From Candidatus Omnitrophota bacterium (GTDB lineage: Bacteria > Omnitrophota > JACPQZ01), in assembly GCA_016190205.1 (NCBI GenBank), contig JACPQZ010000045.1, positions 33,923 through 97,922 on the forward strand: a stretch of 64,000 nucleotides of DNA, in the 5' to 3' direction. A model generated the notes under the pieces. That model saw only the letters and a list, made by a program, of their open reading frames with translations, had not been told where the DNA came from and did not search any database. A program made the translations under genes and the position numbers. Shown in pieces: positions 28,873 to 39,012 of this stretch (position 1 is its first letter; each line of letters begins with the position of its first letter).

Positions 28873-29298
28873 ATGCTGCTTGTTCCAGAAATCAAACCGT
28901 ATAAAGATACCCGGCCTGTCCGGGCTATGACTGAACAGGAAATCCAGGAGAAACTGTACGGCAGGAAGGTGAATGTCCTGTCAGGCGTTCATCCGCAGTT
29001 GGCCCAGGCTAAAACCCGTATCGCTGATCTGGAGGGAGCACTCCGCGAACACGAGGCGCGCGAGAGGGGGCTTGAGACACGCATGGAGGCACTCGAGCAG
29101 GAGAAACGCGAGTTCGCGAAAAAAGCCGCCCGCGCCGAGCGGGAGCGCGATCGCCTGGACCGCAGATTGGAAGAGCTGGCAGCGCAGGCCCCTGAACGCG
29201 AACCCCGGAAGCAGCCGGCCGCGGACCTGGCGCAAGGCGCGTGGAAGAAGCTCAAGTCGTCGCTCGCACGGCTTAAGAAACCGACGGCTACACAGTAG
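28873..29298 (+). CDS. Hypothetical coiled-coil protein
   Basis: RBS AGGAGG; long E/R-rich heptad region. Confidence 0.6.
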   Translation: MLLVPEIKPYKDTRPVRAMTEQEIQEKLYGRKVNVLSGVHPQLAQAKTRIADLEGALREHEARERGLETRMEALEQEKREFAKKAARAERERDRLDRRLEELAAQAPEREPRKQPAADLAQGAWKKLKSSLARLKKPTATQ

Positions 29299-29301
29299 CA
29301 T

Positions 29302-30780
29302 GTGAGATACCTTCTCTCCATTGATCAGGGGACGACCGGGACACGAGCCCTGATCGTGGATATCAAGGGCCGACTCGCCGCGCAAGCTTACACCGAGTTC
29401 CCCCAATATTTTCCCCGCCCCGGCTGGGTGGAGCACGATCCACAAGAGATCTGGAACTCCACCCGGACCGTCATCCGGCAGGCACTCCTCAAAGGCCGCG
29501 TCCGCCCACAAACAATCGCAGGAATCGGGATCACCAACCAGCGCGAGACAACCGTTCTCTGGTCACGCCAAAGCGGGAAACCTCTCGGCCGCGCCATCGT
29601 GTGGCAGTGCAGGCGCTCTGCGGGCATCGTGACCTCTCTGAAGGCCCGCGGGGCGGAACCCCTATTCAGGCGCAAGACCGGCCTTGTGCTGGATGCGTAT
29701 TTTTCCGCAACCAAGATCCGCTGGGCACTCGATCATTGGGGCGGTGCGGCGCGATCAAGCCGCCGCAGGGATCTCGTCTTTGGAACCATTGACAGTTGGC
29801 TGATCTGGAAACTCTCGGGGGGGAAGGCGCATGTCACAGATCCCACCAACGCCTCACGCACCCTTCTCTACAACATCTACCGCCGCGAGTGGGATTCCGA
29901 CCTCTGCAAGATTTTAAGAATTCCCAAGTCCTGCCTTGCCCGCGTGCTTCCCTCCGCCGGCGTCTTTGCGAAAACCGGAAACGTGCGGGAGCTCTGCCCA
30001 GGCATCCCGATCACGGGCGTGGCCGGGGATCAGCAGGCATCCCTTTTTGGGCATGGATGCGTCCGGACGGGTGAGATGAAAAATACATACGGTACAGGGT
30101 GCTTCATCCTGCTCAATACCGGCAGTCATGCCCTCAAACCCAGGGCAGGGCTTCTGACCACGCTGGCCTGCGGACCCCAAGGAGAACCGGCCTACTGTCT
30201 CGAAGGCAGCATCTTCATGACGGGCGCGGTCATACAGTGGCTGAGAGACGCCCTGGGTCTCATCCAGAAGGCGTCGGATTCGGAAAAAATCGCCCGCTCT
30301 GTTAAGGACACCGGCGGGGTGTACCTGGTGCCGGCCTTTTCCGGTCTTGGGTCTCCCCACTGGAACATGTCGGCCCGCGGGGCCCTCCTGGGTCTTACGC
30401 GGGGCTCGGACCGGGGCGTGGTCGTGCGCGCAGCGCTGGAGGCCATCGCCTATCAGACCAGAGACTGTCTGGAGCGCATGCGCATGAGTATCCGGGGACG
30501 CATACGCAGACTGCGCGTGGACGGCGGGGCGGCACGAAACAACTGGCTGATGCAATTCCAGAGCGACGTCCTGGGGATTCCGGTCGAACGCGCGCGCTCC
30601 GCCCAAGTGACTGCGCTCGGCGCCGCCGCGTTGGCAGCCATCGGGGCAGGGGTTTGGAAAAATGGCGAGCCCATCAAGGGGCTTACCGGATGCGACGCGC
30701 TGTTCGTGCCACACATGAGGGCCAACGAACGGGAGCGGCTCTACTCGGGCTGGAAGCTGGCCCTGGGACGTGTCTTATGA
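29302..30780 (+). CDS. glpK: Glycerol kinase
   Basis: IDQGTT, GITNQRET, YFSATK, GDQQ, KNTYGTGCF, DGG. Confidence 0.95.
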   Translation: MRYLLSIDQGTTGTRALIVDIKGRLAAQAYTEFPQYFPRPGWVEHDPQEIWNSTRTVIRQALLKGRVRPQTIAGIGITNQRETTVLWSRQSGKPLGRAIVWQCRRSAGIVTSLKARGAEPLFRRKTGLVLDAYFSATKIRWALDHWGGAARSSRRRDLVFGTIDSWLIWKLSGGKAHVTDPTNASRTLLYNIYRREWDSDLCKILRIPKSCLARVLPSAGVFAKTGNVRELCPGIPITGVAGDQQASLFGHGCVRTGEMKNTYGTGCFILLNTGSHALKPRAGLLTTLACGPQGEPAYCLEGSIFMTGAVIQWLRDALGLIQKASDSEKIARSVKDTGGVYLVPAFSGLGSPHWNMSARGALLGLTRGSDRGVVVRAALEAIAYQTRDCLERMRMSIRGRIRRLRVDGGAARNNWLMQFQSDVLGIPVERARSAQVTALGAAALAAIGAGVWKNGEPIKGLTGCDALFVPHMRANERERLYSGWKLALGRVL

Positions 30781-32846
30781 GATACTTTTGGGCCGACAAG
30801 CAGGAAGGGGATGACGAAAAGGTAGCCATACTCAAGCAGGTGCCTCTCTTTTCCAACTTGAGTCAGCGGGAGCTCAAGGATATCGCCACTCCTGCCAGGC
30901 TCATCGAATACAAGAAGGATCAAGTCATTTACCAGATAGGAGATCCGCCCCACGCCTTCTTCGTCATCGCAAGCGGCAGGGTTCGAATCGACCGGCCGAC
31001 AGGCCCCAAAGGTGAGATGACGACCACCATGCTGCACGGGGGAGAGTTTTTTGGAGAGCTCTCCATCTTGACGGGAAATCCCCATTCGGCAACCGTCACG
31101 GCCAAGAACGACTGTCTGCTCCTGGAAATTGGAGGCGAAGATTTCGGGCGGCTGACCAAGGAGATCTCCGCCCTGGGTCTTTACTTCAGCCGTTTCCTCA
31201 TCCAGCGCCTGAGGGGTGTTCAGAAGGGAGATGAGTACGTTCGCGAGAGCAAGCTCATCGCCGTGTACAGTGCTGCGCGGGAGGTGGGGAAAACTGTCTT
31301 AAGCATTAACCTGGCCGCGGCCCTGGCCCGGGAGGGCGCTTCGCAGGTCATCCTGGTGGATATGGGAGGGACGAAGGGGGAGTTGGGACATCTCCTTAAA
31401 TATCCGACCGATAAGGGCCTGGTTCAGGTCGGAAGAGACCGCGCCATACATCCTGTAGGGATCCAGGAACACATCATCAAACATGATGCAGGCTTTCATA
31501 TCGTGAGCGTCGTTGAACCCGAAAAGGACGGGATTGACCCCCGCGGCATCGCACCCTTTTTCTCCTCCCTGGCCAGACAATACGACTATATCGTCATTGA
31601 TCTTCCGAACCAATTTGACGCCGCCATCCTGGAGGCCCTGCACCAGGCGGACATCCTCTTTCTTCTAACCGGGCCCCGCAGGGAAACCCTGCGCGCGACG
31701 GCGGAGATATGCGGCAAACTCAAGGCCACGATCGGCACCCAGATGGACAAGTTGAGACTACTCCTCAACCCCATGAAATTGTCCGATCCCCTGGACTTAC
31801 CTGCCAAGGAAGAGCTTTTAGGTCATCCCATCTCACTGACCCTCCCCAGCACCCCCATCGTAAAAAGCTACACGGAGTCCACAGGGATGCCGTATCTCGT
31901 CGCGAGCCCCCGGGCGGAATACAGCCGCGTCGTTCGCCGGATTGCGCGCGAGATCAGTGAGTCTATGGTCGGCCTTGCCCTGGGAAGCGGCGCGGCCCTG
32001 GGATTTGCCCATATCGGGGTGCTCAAGGTCTTCGAGCGGGAGGATATCCCCGTGGACCTTGTGGCGGGTTCCAGCATGGGCGCCTTGATCGGTGCCCTTT
32101 GGACCGCCGGAAAGACTGCCGACGAGATCGAAGGCCTGGCCCTCGATATGGCGCGTTGGCGCATCTTGAAGCTCGTTGATTTCGACTTCCCCGCGCGCGC
32201 GATCTTGAAAGGAAACCGCCTCCTGCGGTACCTCAAGACTCAACTCAAGAAAAAAACTTTTCAGGACACGCTCATCCCCCTCAAAGTCACGGCCGTAAAC
32301 CTGTACACCCGGCAGCAGGTGGTGATCGACGAAGGTCCGCTTTACGAAGCCGTGCGGGCCAGCTGCTCCATCCCGGGGCTCCTCGCCCCGTTCCGTAAGG
32401 GGGACATGTACCTTACGGACGGCGGCCTGCTGGAGCCCTGCCCGGTCCGTACCCTCATGCGGGCAAAGGTCCATAAGATTATCGCGGTCAATGTCCTTCC
32501 CAGCCCCGAAGACATGGTAGATCATCACCGCAAGCACAGGGACCTGGAGCGCGTGGAGCAGGAACGGGCCAGTCAACTTCCCCCCATGGCAAAATTCAGA
32601 TGGCGCGCGCAACAGTTTTTGAAACGAATGGTGACGCCCAGTATCGCCGAAGTCATTTTAAACAGCATGCAAACGATGGAATACCACCTGGCCCTTCAGG
32701 CCTGCGAGGACGCGGACGTTCTCATTCAGCCCATCCACTCCGGAATCCACGTCTTGAACTTTAATGAGGCCCCCCAGCTCATCGCGCGCGGAGAAGAGGA
32801 AACCTTGAAGAAACTGGACGAAATAAAGCAGCTTGTAAAGAAGTAG
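30777..32846 (+). CDS. cNMP-binding + CpaE/MinD-like P-loop + patatin phospholipase
   Basis: GEFFGEL cNMP fold; EVGKTVLSINLA...ILVD; GSGAALG, GSSMG, DGG. Confidence 0.88.
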   Translation: MRYFWADKQEGDDEKVAILKQVPLFSNLSQRELKDIATPARLIEYKKDQVIYQIGDPPHAFFVIASGRVRIDRPTGPKGEMTTTMLHGGEFFGELSILTGNPHSATVTAKNDCLLLEIGGEDFGRLTKEISALGLYFSRFLIQRLRGVQKGDEYVRESKLIAVYSAAREVGKTVLSINLAAALAREGASQVILVDMGGTKGELGHLLKYPTDKGLVQVGRDRAIHPVGIQEHIIKHDAGFHIVSVVEPEKDGIDPRGIAPFFSSLARQYDYIVIDLPNQFDAAILEALHQADILFLLTGPRRETLRATAEICGKLKATIGTQMDKLRLLLNPMKLSDPLDLPAKEELLGHPISLTLPSTPIVKSYTESTGMPYLVASPRAEYSRVVRRIAREISESMVGLALGSGAALGFAHIGVLKVFEREDIPVDLVAGSSMGALIGALWTAGKTADEIEGLALDMARWRILKLVDFDFPARAILKGNRLLRYLKTQLKKKTFQDTLIPLKVTAVNLYTRQQVVIDEGPLYEAVRASCSIPGLLAPFRKGDMYLTDGGLLEPCPVRTLMRAKVHKIIAVNVLPSPEDMVDHHRKHRDLERVEQERASQLPPMAKFRWRAQQFLKRMVTPSIAEVILNSMQTMEYHLALQACEDADVLIQPIHSGIHVLNFNEAPQLIARGEEETLKKLDEIKQLVKK

Positions 32847-32872
32847 CGCAATGGGTAAACTGTTGATCAGCC

Positions 32873-34063
32873 ATGGATAAATACGTCATCATAGAAGGCG
32901 TGCGCACGCCGCAGGGGATCCTGGGCGGAGCCCTTAAAGATTTTTCGTCCGCCCGTCTGGGGGAGCTTGTCGTGCGCGGTCTCCTTCAGAAAACAAAAAT
33001 CGATCCTAAGTTAATAGAAGGGGTTATCTTTGGATGCGTAGGACAGACAAGTGATGCCCCCAACGTGGCCCGTGTCATCGCCCTTAAGGCGGGACTTCCC
33101 ATTTCCCTTCCGGGTTATACGGTTCAGCGGAACTGCGCGTCGGGCATGCAATCAATCGTCAGCGCCTGTCAGCACATAGCCGTAGGCGATGCCGACGTCC
33201 AAGTCGCGGGCGGAACAGAATCGATGAGCCAGGCGCCGTATATCAACCGGGACCTGCGGTTCGGTAAGAAACTCCGTGACTCTGCGCTGGTCGATTCCCT
33301 CTGGGAAGGTTTGACGGATCCCATCTGCGGCCAGATCATGGGGAGGACCGCAGAAAACCTGGCGGAAGAATTTAAGATTCCGCGGGCCGAGCAGGACCGT
33401 TACGCCATTGAGAGCCACGCGCGCGCCTTTCGCGCCACACGCGAAGGTAAGTTCAAGGATGAAATCGTCCCGGTCGAAATCCCTAAGAAGATGGCGGGGC
33501 GCGTGGTGCCATCAGAGATCTTTTCGGAAGACGAGGGACCCAACGTCGCGCTTACGGAACAAATGCTTTCCCAGTACCCGACGATCTTCAAGGAGGAGGG
33601 CACCGTAACGGCTGGAAACGCATGTCCCATATCTGACGGGGCGGCGTGCGTCCTCATCATGAGCGCAGAAAAGGCCAAGTCCCTGGGCCTCAAACCCATG
33701 GCATCGATCCGCGCCTGGGCCTTCGCAGCCCTCGAACCCCAGCGCATGGGCCTGGGACCCGCCTATGCCACTCCGCTCGCGCTGAAAAAAGCGGGCCTCA
33801 CGCTTGCCGACATTGATCTCATTGAAATAAACGAGGCCTTTGCCGTTCAGGTGCTCGCCTGCCGCAACATGCTGGATTTCAAACTTGAAAAAACAAATGT
33901 ACAGGGAGGCGCTATCGCCTTGGGACACCCGGTAGGAACGAGCGGGACCCGTCTCGTGATCACCCTCATGCATGAAATGAAACGCCGCGGCGCTGCCCTG
34001 GGCCTCGCAACCTTATGCGTCGGGGGCGGACAGGGATCAGCCATGATACTCGAAAGGAAGTAG
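32873..34063 (+). CDS. Acetyl-CoA C-acyltransferase (thiolase)
   Basis: NCASG, NEAFA, GHPVG, CVGGG. Confidence 0.95.
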   Translation: MDKYVIIEGVRTPQGILGGALKDFSSARLGELVVRGLLQKTKIDPKLIEGVIFGCVGQTSDAPNVARVIALKAGLPISLPGYTVQRNCASGMQSIVSACQHIAVGDADVQVAGGTESMSQAPYINRDLRFGKKLRDSALVDSLWEGLTDPICGQIMGRTAENLAEEFKIPRAEQDRYAIESHARAFRATREGKFKDEIVPVEIPKKMAGRVVPSEIFSEDEGPNVALTEQMLSQYPTIFKEEGTVTAGNACPISDGAACVLIMSAEKAKSLGLKPMASIRAWAFAALEPQRMGLGPAYATPLALKKAGLTLADIDLIEINEAFAVQVLACRNMLDFKLEKTNVQGGAIALGHPVGTSGTRLVITLMHEMKRRGAALGLATLCVGGGQGSAMILERK

Positions 34064-34070
34064 CCTTGTA

Positions 34071-34191
34071 CGTGCATCGTACTTCGTTCATCGTGCTGCG
34101 TGGGTGGGGCGTGCAGTTCTTCGTAGTTACAGACCCTCGGCAACTGGCCTATTACCCCTTTACGATGCACGATGCACGAAGCACGAAGCAC
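34071..34191. repeat. 7-bp-periodic inverted element (TCGTGCA/GCACGAA units)
   Basis: cgtgcat-cgtactt-cgttcat-cgtgc ... acgatgc-acgatgc-acgaagc-acgaagc. Confidence 0.8.
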
Positions 34192-34219
34192 AAACACGGC
34201 CACCCAGAGATCAACTTGT

Positions 34220-35437
34220 ATGTACATCTATAAGACTGGCGTAGTGGGAGCCGGGGCGATGGGGGCGGAGATCGCCCAGGTCATCACCTTTGCAGGTCTC
34301 CCCGTCATCCTGCATGACATCGAGCAGCGCTTTGTGGATAAAGGCATGGAGCGCATCCGGTCCATCTACGCTCGAAGAGTGGAAAAGGGGAAGATGAGCG
34401 CTGATGAACTCGAGAAAAAGATGGCGCTCGTGACCACCACCACCCGGCTGGAAGACCTGCGGGCGGCGGACATCGTCATCGAGGCGGTCCCCGAAAAGAT
34501 GGATCTTAAAAAGCAGGTTTTTTCCAAACTTGACGGAATCCTGGGCCCTTCCGCGATCTTGGCTTCCAATACCTCCGCCCTCTCGATCTCCGCCCTAGGT
34601 TCCGCAACAAAACGCCCAGGGCGTGTCATAGGTCTGCATTTTTTCTACCCTGCGCACGTCATGAAGCTCATTGAGATCATTCCGGGACTTGCCACGTCGG
34701 ACGAGACCGTCGATGACGCGCTCGCCTTTACCGAATCTCTGCGCAAGATTCCGATTCGCGTTAACGAATGTGCCGGTTTTCTCATCAACCGCCTGCTCAT
34801 GCCGTACCTCAACGAATGTGCCTACTGCCTGGAGGAAGGTTCCGAGGGCGCCCGTGCCATCGATGAGAAAATCGTAAAATTCGGTCTGCCGATGGGCCCC
34901 TTTACGCTGGTGGACACCCTGGGGCTCGACATCTGCAAAGATGTGGGGGAAGTCCTGCACGCTTCCTACGGTGCCCGCATGCGTCCCGCCGCTCTTTGGC
35001 GCAAGCTCTTTGAAAAGAAGCGGTTCGGAATCAAGTCCGGCGCCGGTTTTTATACGTATCCCGGAGGCAAGGAGGACCCTGAACTCCAAGCGCTCGCCCA
35101 ATCTGCCGCCAGCGAAGACAAAAGCGGAAAGTCGCCCTTTGCGCTCGACCGGGTGCTCTATCAAATGATCAACGAGGCCGCCTACTGTCTGGAGGAAAGG
35201 GTCTCCACCGCCCGCGAGATCGATCTCGGCATGGTGGCCGGACTGGGTTTCCCGCAGGAGAAAGAGGGGATACTTCGTTACGCGGATTCCATCGGGCTGG
35301 ATACTGTGCTGGAGAAGCTCACATCGTATCATCATGAACTTGGAGAGCGCTTCTGGCCTGCGCCCCGCATCCGACGCATGGTGGAAGCGGGATTCCTGGG
35401 CCGGAAGACGAAGCAGGGGTTCTTTACTTACTCGTGA
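34220..35437 (+). CDS. 3-hydroxyacyl-CoA dehydrogenase (duplicated C-terminal domain)
   Basis: GAGAMG, EAVPE, SNTS, GLHFF, GFLINR, PMGPF; start ATG34220. Confidence 0.92.
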   Translation: MYIYKTGVVGAGAMGAEIAQVITFAGLPVILHDIEQRFVDKGMERIRSIYARRVEKGKMSADELEKKMALVTTTTRLEDLRAADIVIEAVPEKMDLKKQVFSKLDGILGPSAILASNTSALSISALGSATKRPGRVIGLHFFYPAHVMKLIEIIPGLATSDETVDDALAFTESLRKIPIRVNECAGFLINRLLMPYLNECAYCLEEGSEGARAIDEKIVKFGLPMGPFTLVDTLGLDICKDVGEVLHASYGARMRPAALWRKLFEKKRFGIKSGAGFYTYPGGKEDPELQALAQSAASEDKSGKSPFALDRVLYQMINEAAYCLEERVSTAREIDLGMVAGLGFPQEKEGILRYADSIGLDTVLEKLTSYHHELGERFWPAPRIRRMVEAGFLGRKTKQGFFTYS

Positions 35438-35567
35438 CAACACTTGACCAAATAAGCGTGCCAATATGCTACGTTATCTTTCGATTGTTAAGAGGAAGCT
35501 CAAGTCGCATTATGGTTTCCAGCTGCTGCGTCTCGCTGCTGGCTGGAACCGCCTGAAAGGAGTCATC

Positions 35568-36353
35568 TTGCCTGAGGAAACCCTCGTTCAGATCCATGAC
35601 GACGAGCGCGCCCGTGTTTTAACCTTGGACCACCCCCCGGTCAACGCGCTCTCCCGTTCCCTCTTAAAGCAACTGGGGGAGGCCCTGGAAAAAACCAGGG
35701 ATGATAACCGCATTGCCGTGGTCATCATCACCGGGGCCGGCCAGAACGCCTTCGCCGCGGGCGCCGACATCCGGGAACTTGCTCTCATCCATTCCAAGGA
35801 CGAGGCGGCCCGGCTGGCCGCAGAAGGACAGACGCTCTTCAATAAGATCGAGCACTTTCCGAAACCCGTGATTGCCGCCATCAATGCAGTCTGCCTCGGG
35901 GGAGGAAATGAGCTTGCCCTGGCTTGCCACATTCGTATCGCCTCCGAACGGGCCCGCTTCGGCCAGCCTGAAGTAAATCTCGGGATCATTCCCGGCTTCG
36001 GCGGCACCCAGAGGCTCGCCAGACTCGTGGGCCTCCCCAGGGCAACAGAACTCGTCCTGACCGGCGACATAATTCCGGCCAAGGAGGCGGAGCGGATCGG
36101 TCTCATCAACAGGTCTGTGCCGGATGGAGAAGAGCTCAAGGTGGCCAAGGGAATCGCGCGAAAGATCGCCTCCAAAGGCCAAGTGGCTGTCCGGAAGGCC
36201 CTCCAGGCCCTGGTCGAGGGAAGAGAGAAATGGCTGACCGACGGCCTGGCGCTCGAGGCCTCTCTCTTTGGCGACACGACTTCTACCGACGATATGAAAG
36301 AGGGGATCCAGGCATTTTTGGAGAAGAGGCAGCCCCAATTCAAGGACCGGTGA
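35568..36353 (+). CDS. Enoyl-CoA hydratase
   Basis: AFAAGADI, GGGNELA, GQPE..LG..PGFGGTQRL; RBS AAGGAG + TTG35568. Confidence 0.92.
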   Translation: MPEETLVQIHDDERARVLTLDHPPVNALSRSLLKQLGEALEKTRDDNRIAVVIITGAGQNAFAAGADIRELALIHSKDEAARLAAEGQTLFNKIEHFPKPVIAAINAVCLGGGNELALACHIRIASERARFGQPEVNLGIIPGFGGTQRLARLVGLPRATELVLTGDIIPAKEAERIGLINRSVPDGEELKVAKGIARKIASKGQVAVRKALQALVEGREKWLTDGLALEASLFGDTTSTDDMKEGIQAFLEKRQPQFKDR

Positions 36354-38176
36354 TCCCCGAAACCCACCTCGCGGCCCTCTTTTTTAACCGCGTCCAGCGC
36401 TGGCCGGACCGGCCCCTCCTTTCCTGGCGCAAAGGCGGCCATACGCTTCGCTGGACCTGGCAGGAGACCGCTGACCAGGTCACCGCCATCGCCCACTTTC
36501 TGGTAGGACTCAAAATAGGACCCCAGGAACCCTGCGGCCTTATTTCGGAGAACCGCCCCGAGTGGAGCTGGGTAGACCTGGGGGTTCTGACATCGGCAAA
36601 CTATGACGTACCGCTTTACCCGACGTCCACCTCCGAGGAAATTCTCTACTGCCTCAATGACTGCCGTGCCCGCATCCTCTTCCTCTCCAGCGAAGAACAG
36701 CTTCAGAAGATTGCCGCCGTCGAGGGATTTTTCAAGTATCTTCGTACGGTGGTGACATTTGATCCTGTCCCGGCACGCCTGAAGAAACTAAAACAGATAC
36801 TGCTTTCAGAAATCCTGAAGGAAGGGGCGCGCCTCGCAGGAGGAGGTCCCGCCGAACAGTTCTCCGGAGCGCTTGCGACGATTGAACCGCACGCCTTGGC
36901 AAGTGTGATCTACACCTCCGGCACGACGGGGACCCCGAAAGGCGTTATGCTGACCCACGACAATATTCTCTTCAACGTTGAATCATCAAGCCAGATGCTT
37001 CCTATCACTGAAGCCGATGTCTATCTCTCATTCCTGCCCTTAAACCACGTATTTGAACGCATGGCGGGTCTGTACCTCATGATGAAGCAGGGGGCTCAAA
37101 TCACCTACGTGGAAAAGCTGGATACGCTCGCTCAAGAAATTCCAATCGTGCGGCCCACCTTGATGTGCGGCGTCCCCCGCTTTTTCGAAAAAATCCAAAA
37201 CGGCATTCGGACTAAGGTGGCTCAAGGGGGCCCTGTCAAACAAAAACTCTTTCAAAGGACCCTTGATCTTGGGCGGAAGAGAGTGTGCGCCCTCGAGCGG
37301 GGCGAGGGCCTGTCATTCTTAGAGCGCCTGGAGACAGCTCTTTTAAACCGTCTGGTGGCGAGCAAGGTGAGGAGGGGGTTCGGGGGCCGCCTGCGCTTTT
37401 TTGTGAGCGGGGGAGCCGCGCTGGGCCGCGCCCTCCCAGAATTTTTTTACGCGCTGGGCCTTACCATCTTGGAAGGTTATGGACTTACCGAGACATCCCC
37501 CGTGATTACGGTAAACCGGCCGGACCGCTTTCGCTTCGGGACCGTGGGTCTCGCCATACCCGGCGTTGAGGTCAGGATCGCCCCCGACGGCGAGATCCTG
37601 ACGAGAGGGCGGCACGTCATGAAGGGCTATCTGGGACGCGAGGAAGACACGAGGGCCGTCATTGAAGACGGCTGGTTTGCTACTGGGGACATCGGACAGC
37701 TCGACAAGGATGGCTTTCTCACGATCACAGACCGCAAGAAAGACCTGATCGTTACTTCGGGGGGGAAGAAGGTCGCCCCCCAGCTCTTGGAAAATCTTCT
37801 CAAGGCCGATCCAGCCATCCTTCAGGTGCACCTCCATGGCAATGCGCGGCGCTACATGACTGCCTTGGTGGTTCCCAATTTTGAAGTGCTTGTCAAAAAG
37901 GCAGAGGAGCGATCCATAGCTTATTCCAACCCAAAAGATCTCGTCGAAAATAAGGACATTCAAAACTGGATGGCGTCATCCATCGCCGAGAGGCTTCAGG
38001 CTGTTGCCCCCTACCAAAAGATAAAGTACATCCAAATTCTTGCGGACGAATTTACCCTGGAAAAGGGGGAACTCACCCCCACCCTAAAGCTCAAGAGAAG
38101 GGTGATTGACGAACGTTACCAGAGACTCATCGATGGGATGTACCAGGATCCACCTCAAGGTATAGCCGTCCCGTGA
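36350..38176 (+). CDS. Long-chain-fatty-acid--CoA ligase
   Basis: YTSGTTGTPKG, FLPLNHVFER, EGYGLTE, TGDIG, LTPTLK. Confidence 0.93.
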   Translation: MIPETHLAALFFNRVQRWPDRPLLSWRKGGHTLRWTWQETADQVTAIAHFLVGLKIGPQEPCGLISENRPEWSWVDLGVLTSANYDVPLYPTSTSEEILYCLNDCRARILFLSSEEQLQKIAAVEGFFKYLRTVVTFDPVPARLKKLKQILLSEILKEGARLAGGGPAEQFSGALATIEPHALASVIYTSGTTGTPKGVMLTHDNILFNVESSSQMLPITEADVYLSFLPLNHVFERMAGLYLMMKQGAQITYVEKLDTLAQEIPIVRPTLMCGVPRFFEKIQNGIRTKVAQGGPVKQKLFQRTLDLGRKRVCALERGEGLSFLERLETALLNRLVASKVRRGFGGRLRFFVSGGAALGRALPEFFYALGLTILEGYGLTETSPVITVNRPDRFRFGTVGLAIPGVEVRIAPDGEILTRGRHVMKGYLGREEDTRAVIEDGWFATGDIGQLDKDGFLTITDRKKDLIVTSGGKKVAPQLLENLLKADPAILQVHLHGNARRYMTALVVPNFEVLVKKAEERSIAYSNPKDLVENKDIQNWMASSIAERLQAVAPYQKIKYIQILADEFTLEKGELTPTLKLKRRVIDERYQRLIDGMYQDPPQGIAVP

Positions 38177-39012
38177 TCACAGGGTCCTCCTGGCAAGAAG
38201 AGTGTGTTCAAGCTCCAGACGGCGGAAGGCTTTTCCAGCGCGCTCACCGAGTTGAGAACCCACAGAAAACCCTCCTCGTCATTCACGGCCTCGGGGAGCA
38301 TGGAGGCCGGTATGAACCCCTGGCGAGCATCCTGGCCCAACGCGGCATATCCACGTATTGTCCTGATTTAAGGGGTCATGGCAGGAGCCCGGGACAACGC
38401 GGACACCTCTTAAGCTGGGATACCCTCATGCAGGATGTCGGCTCCTGCCTCGCCTCAATCCAAGTTCAAGTCGCCAAAACCCCTGTAGTCATCCTCGGCC
38501 ACAGCCTGGGAGGGCTCATCGCCATCCGGTCGGCGGGGATGTTCCAGGAGCGCCTGGCTGCCCTCATCTTAAGCGCACCCTATCTGGGTCTTGCGAGACC
38601 CGTTCCTTATTCCCTGCGGCTTTTGGTGCATGCCCTCAACGCATTCGTTCCCCGTCTTCCTTTAAAAAACGGCGTTGACCCGAGAAACCTATCTCACATC
38701 GAGAGCGAGGTGAAGGCCTATCGGGAGGACCCCCTGGTGCATCCCTGGATCACACCGCGTTCCTTCACGGAGATTGAGAAGGCCATCCGGGAGGCAGCAG
38801 ACGATGCGCAGCGCATTCGTATCCCGACGCTCCTCATCTTGCCGGGCCGCGACGCCATCTGCTCAACTGCCGCCTCACTGGAGTGGTTTAAGCTCCTGCG
38901 GAGTCCGCGCAAGCAAGCAATCGTCTACCCCGAAAGCCTCCATGAGCCTCTCAATGACCTTGACCGCAACCGCTTCCTGGGTGACGTAGTCCGCTGGCTG
39001 GGTGAAATATGA
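38173..39012 (+). CDS. Lysophospholipase/monoacylglycerol lipase (alpha/beta hydrolase)
   Basis: HGLGEH, DLRGHG, GHSLGG, HE. Confidence 0.9.
   Translation: MITGSSWQEECVQAPDGGRLFQRAHRVENPQKTLLVIHGLGEHGGRYEPLASILAQRGISTYCPDLRGHGRSPGQRGHLLSWDTLMQDVGSCLASIQVQVAKTPVVILGHSLGGLIAIRSAGMFQERLAALILSAPYLGLARPVPYSLRLLVHALNAFVPRLPLKNGVDPRNLSHIESEVKAYREDPLVHPWITPRSFTEIEKAIREAADDAQRIRIPTLLILPGRDAICSTAASLEWFKLLRSPRKQAIVYPESLHEPLNDLDRNRFLGDVVRWLGEI

Noticed and set aside
34172-34219. N-terminal extensions such as HEARST (also 11656, 55265)
   Set aside because: Translations of heptamer repeats; family homology begins at the downstream ATG.
35466-35567. N-terminal extension of enoyl-CoA hydratase or riboswitch
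   Set aside because: ATG35466 overlaps a promoter-like sequence and a better RBS precedes TTG35568; the single hairpin matches no riboswitch I recognise.
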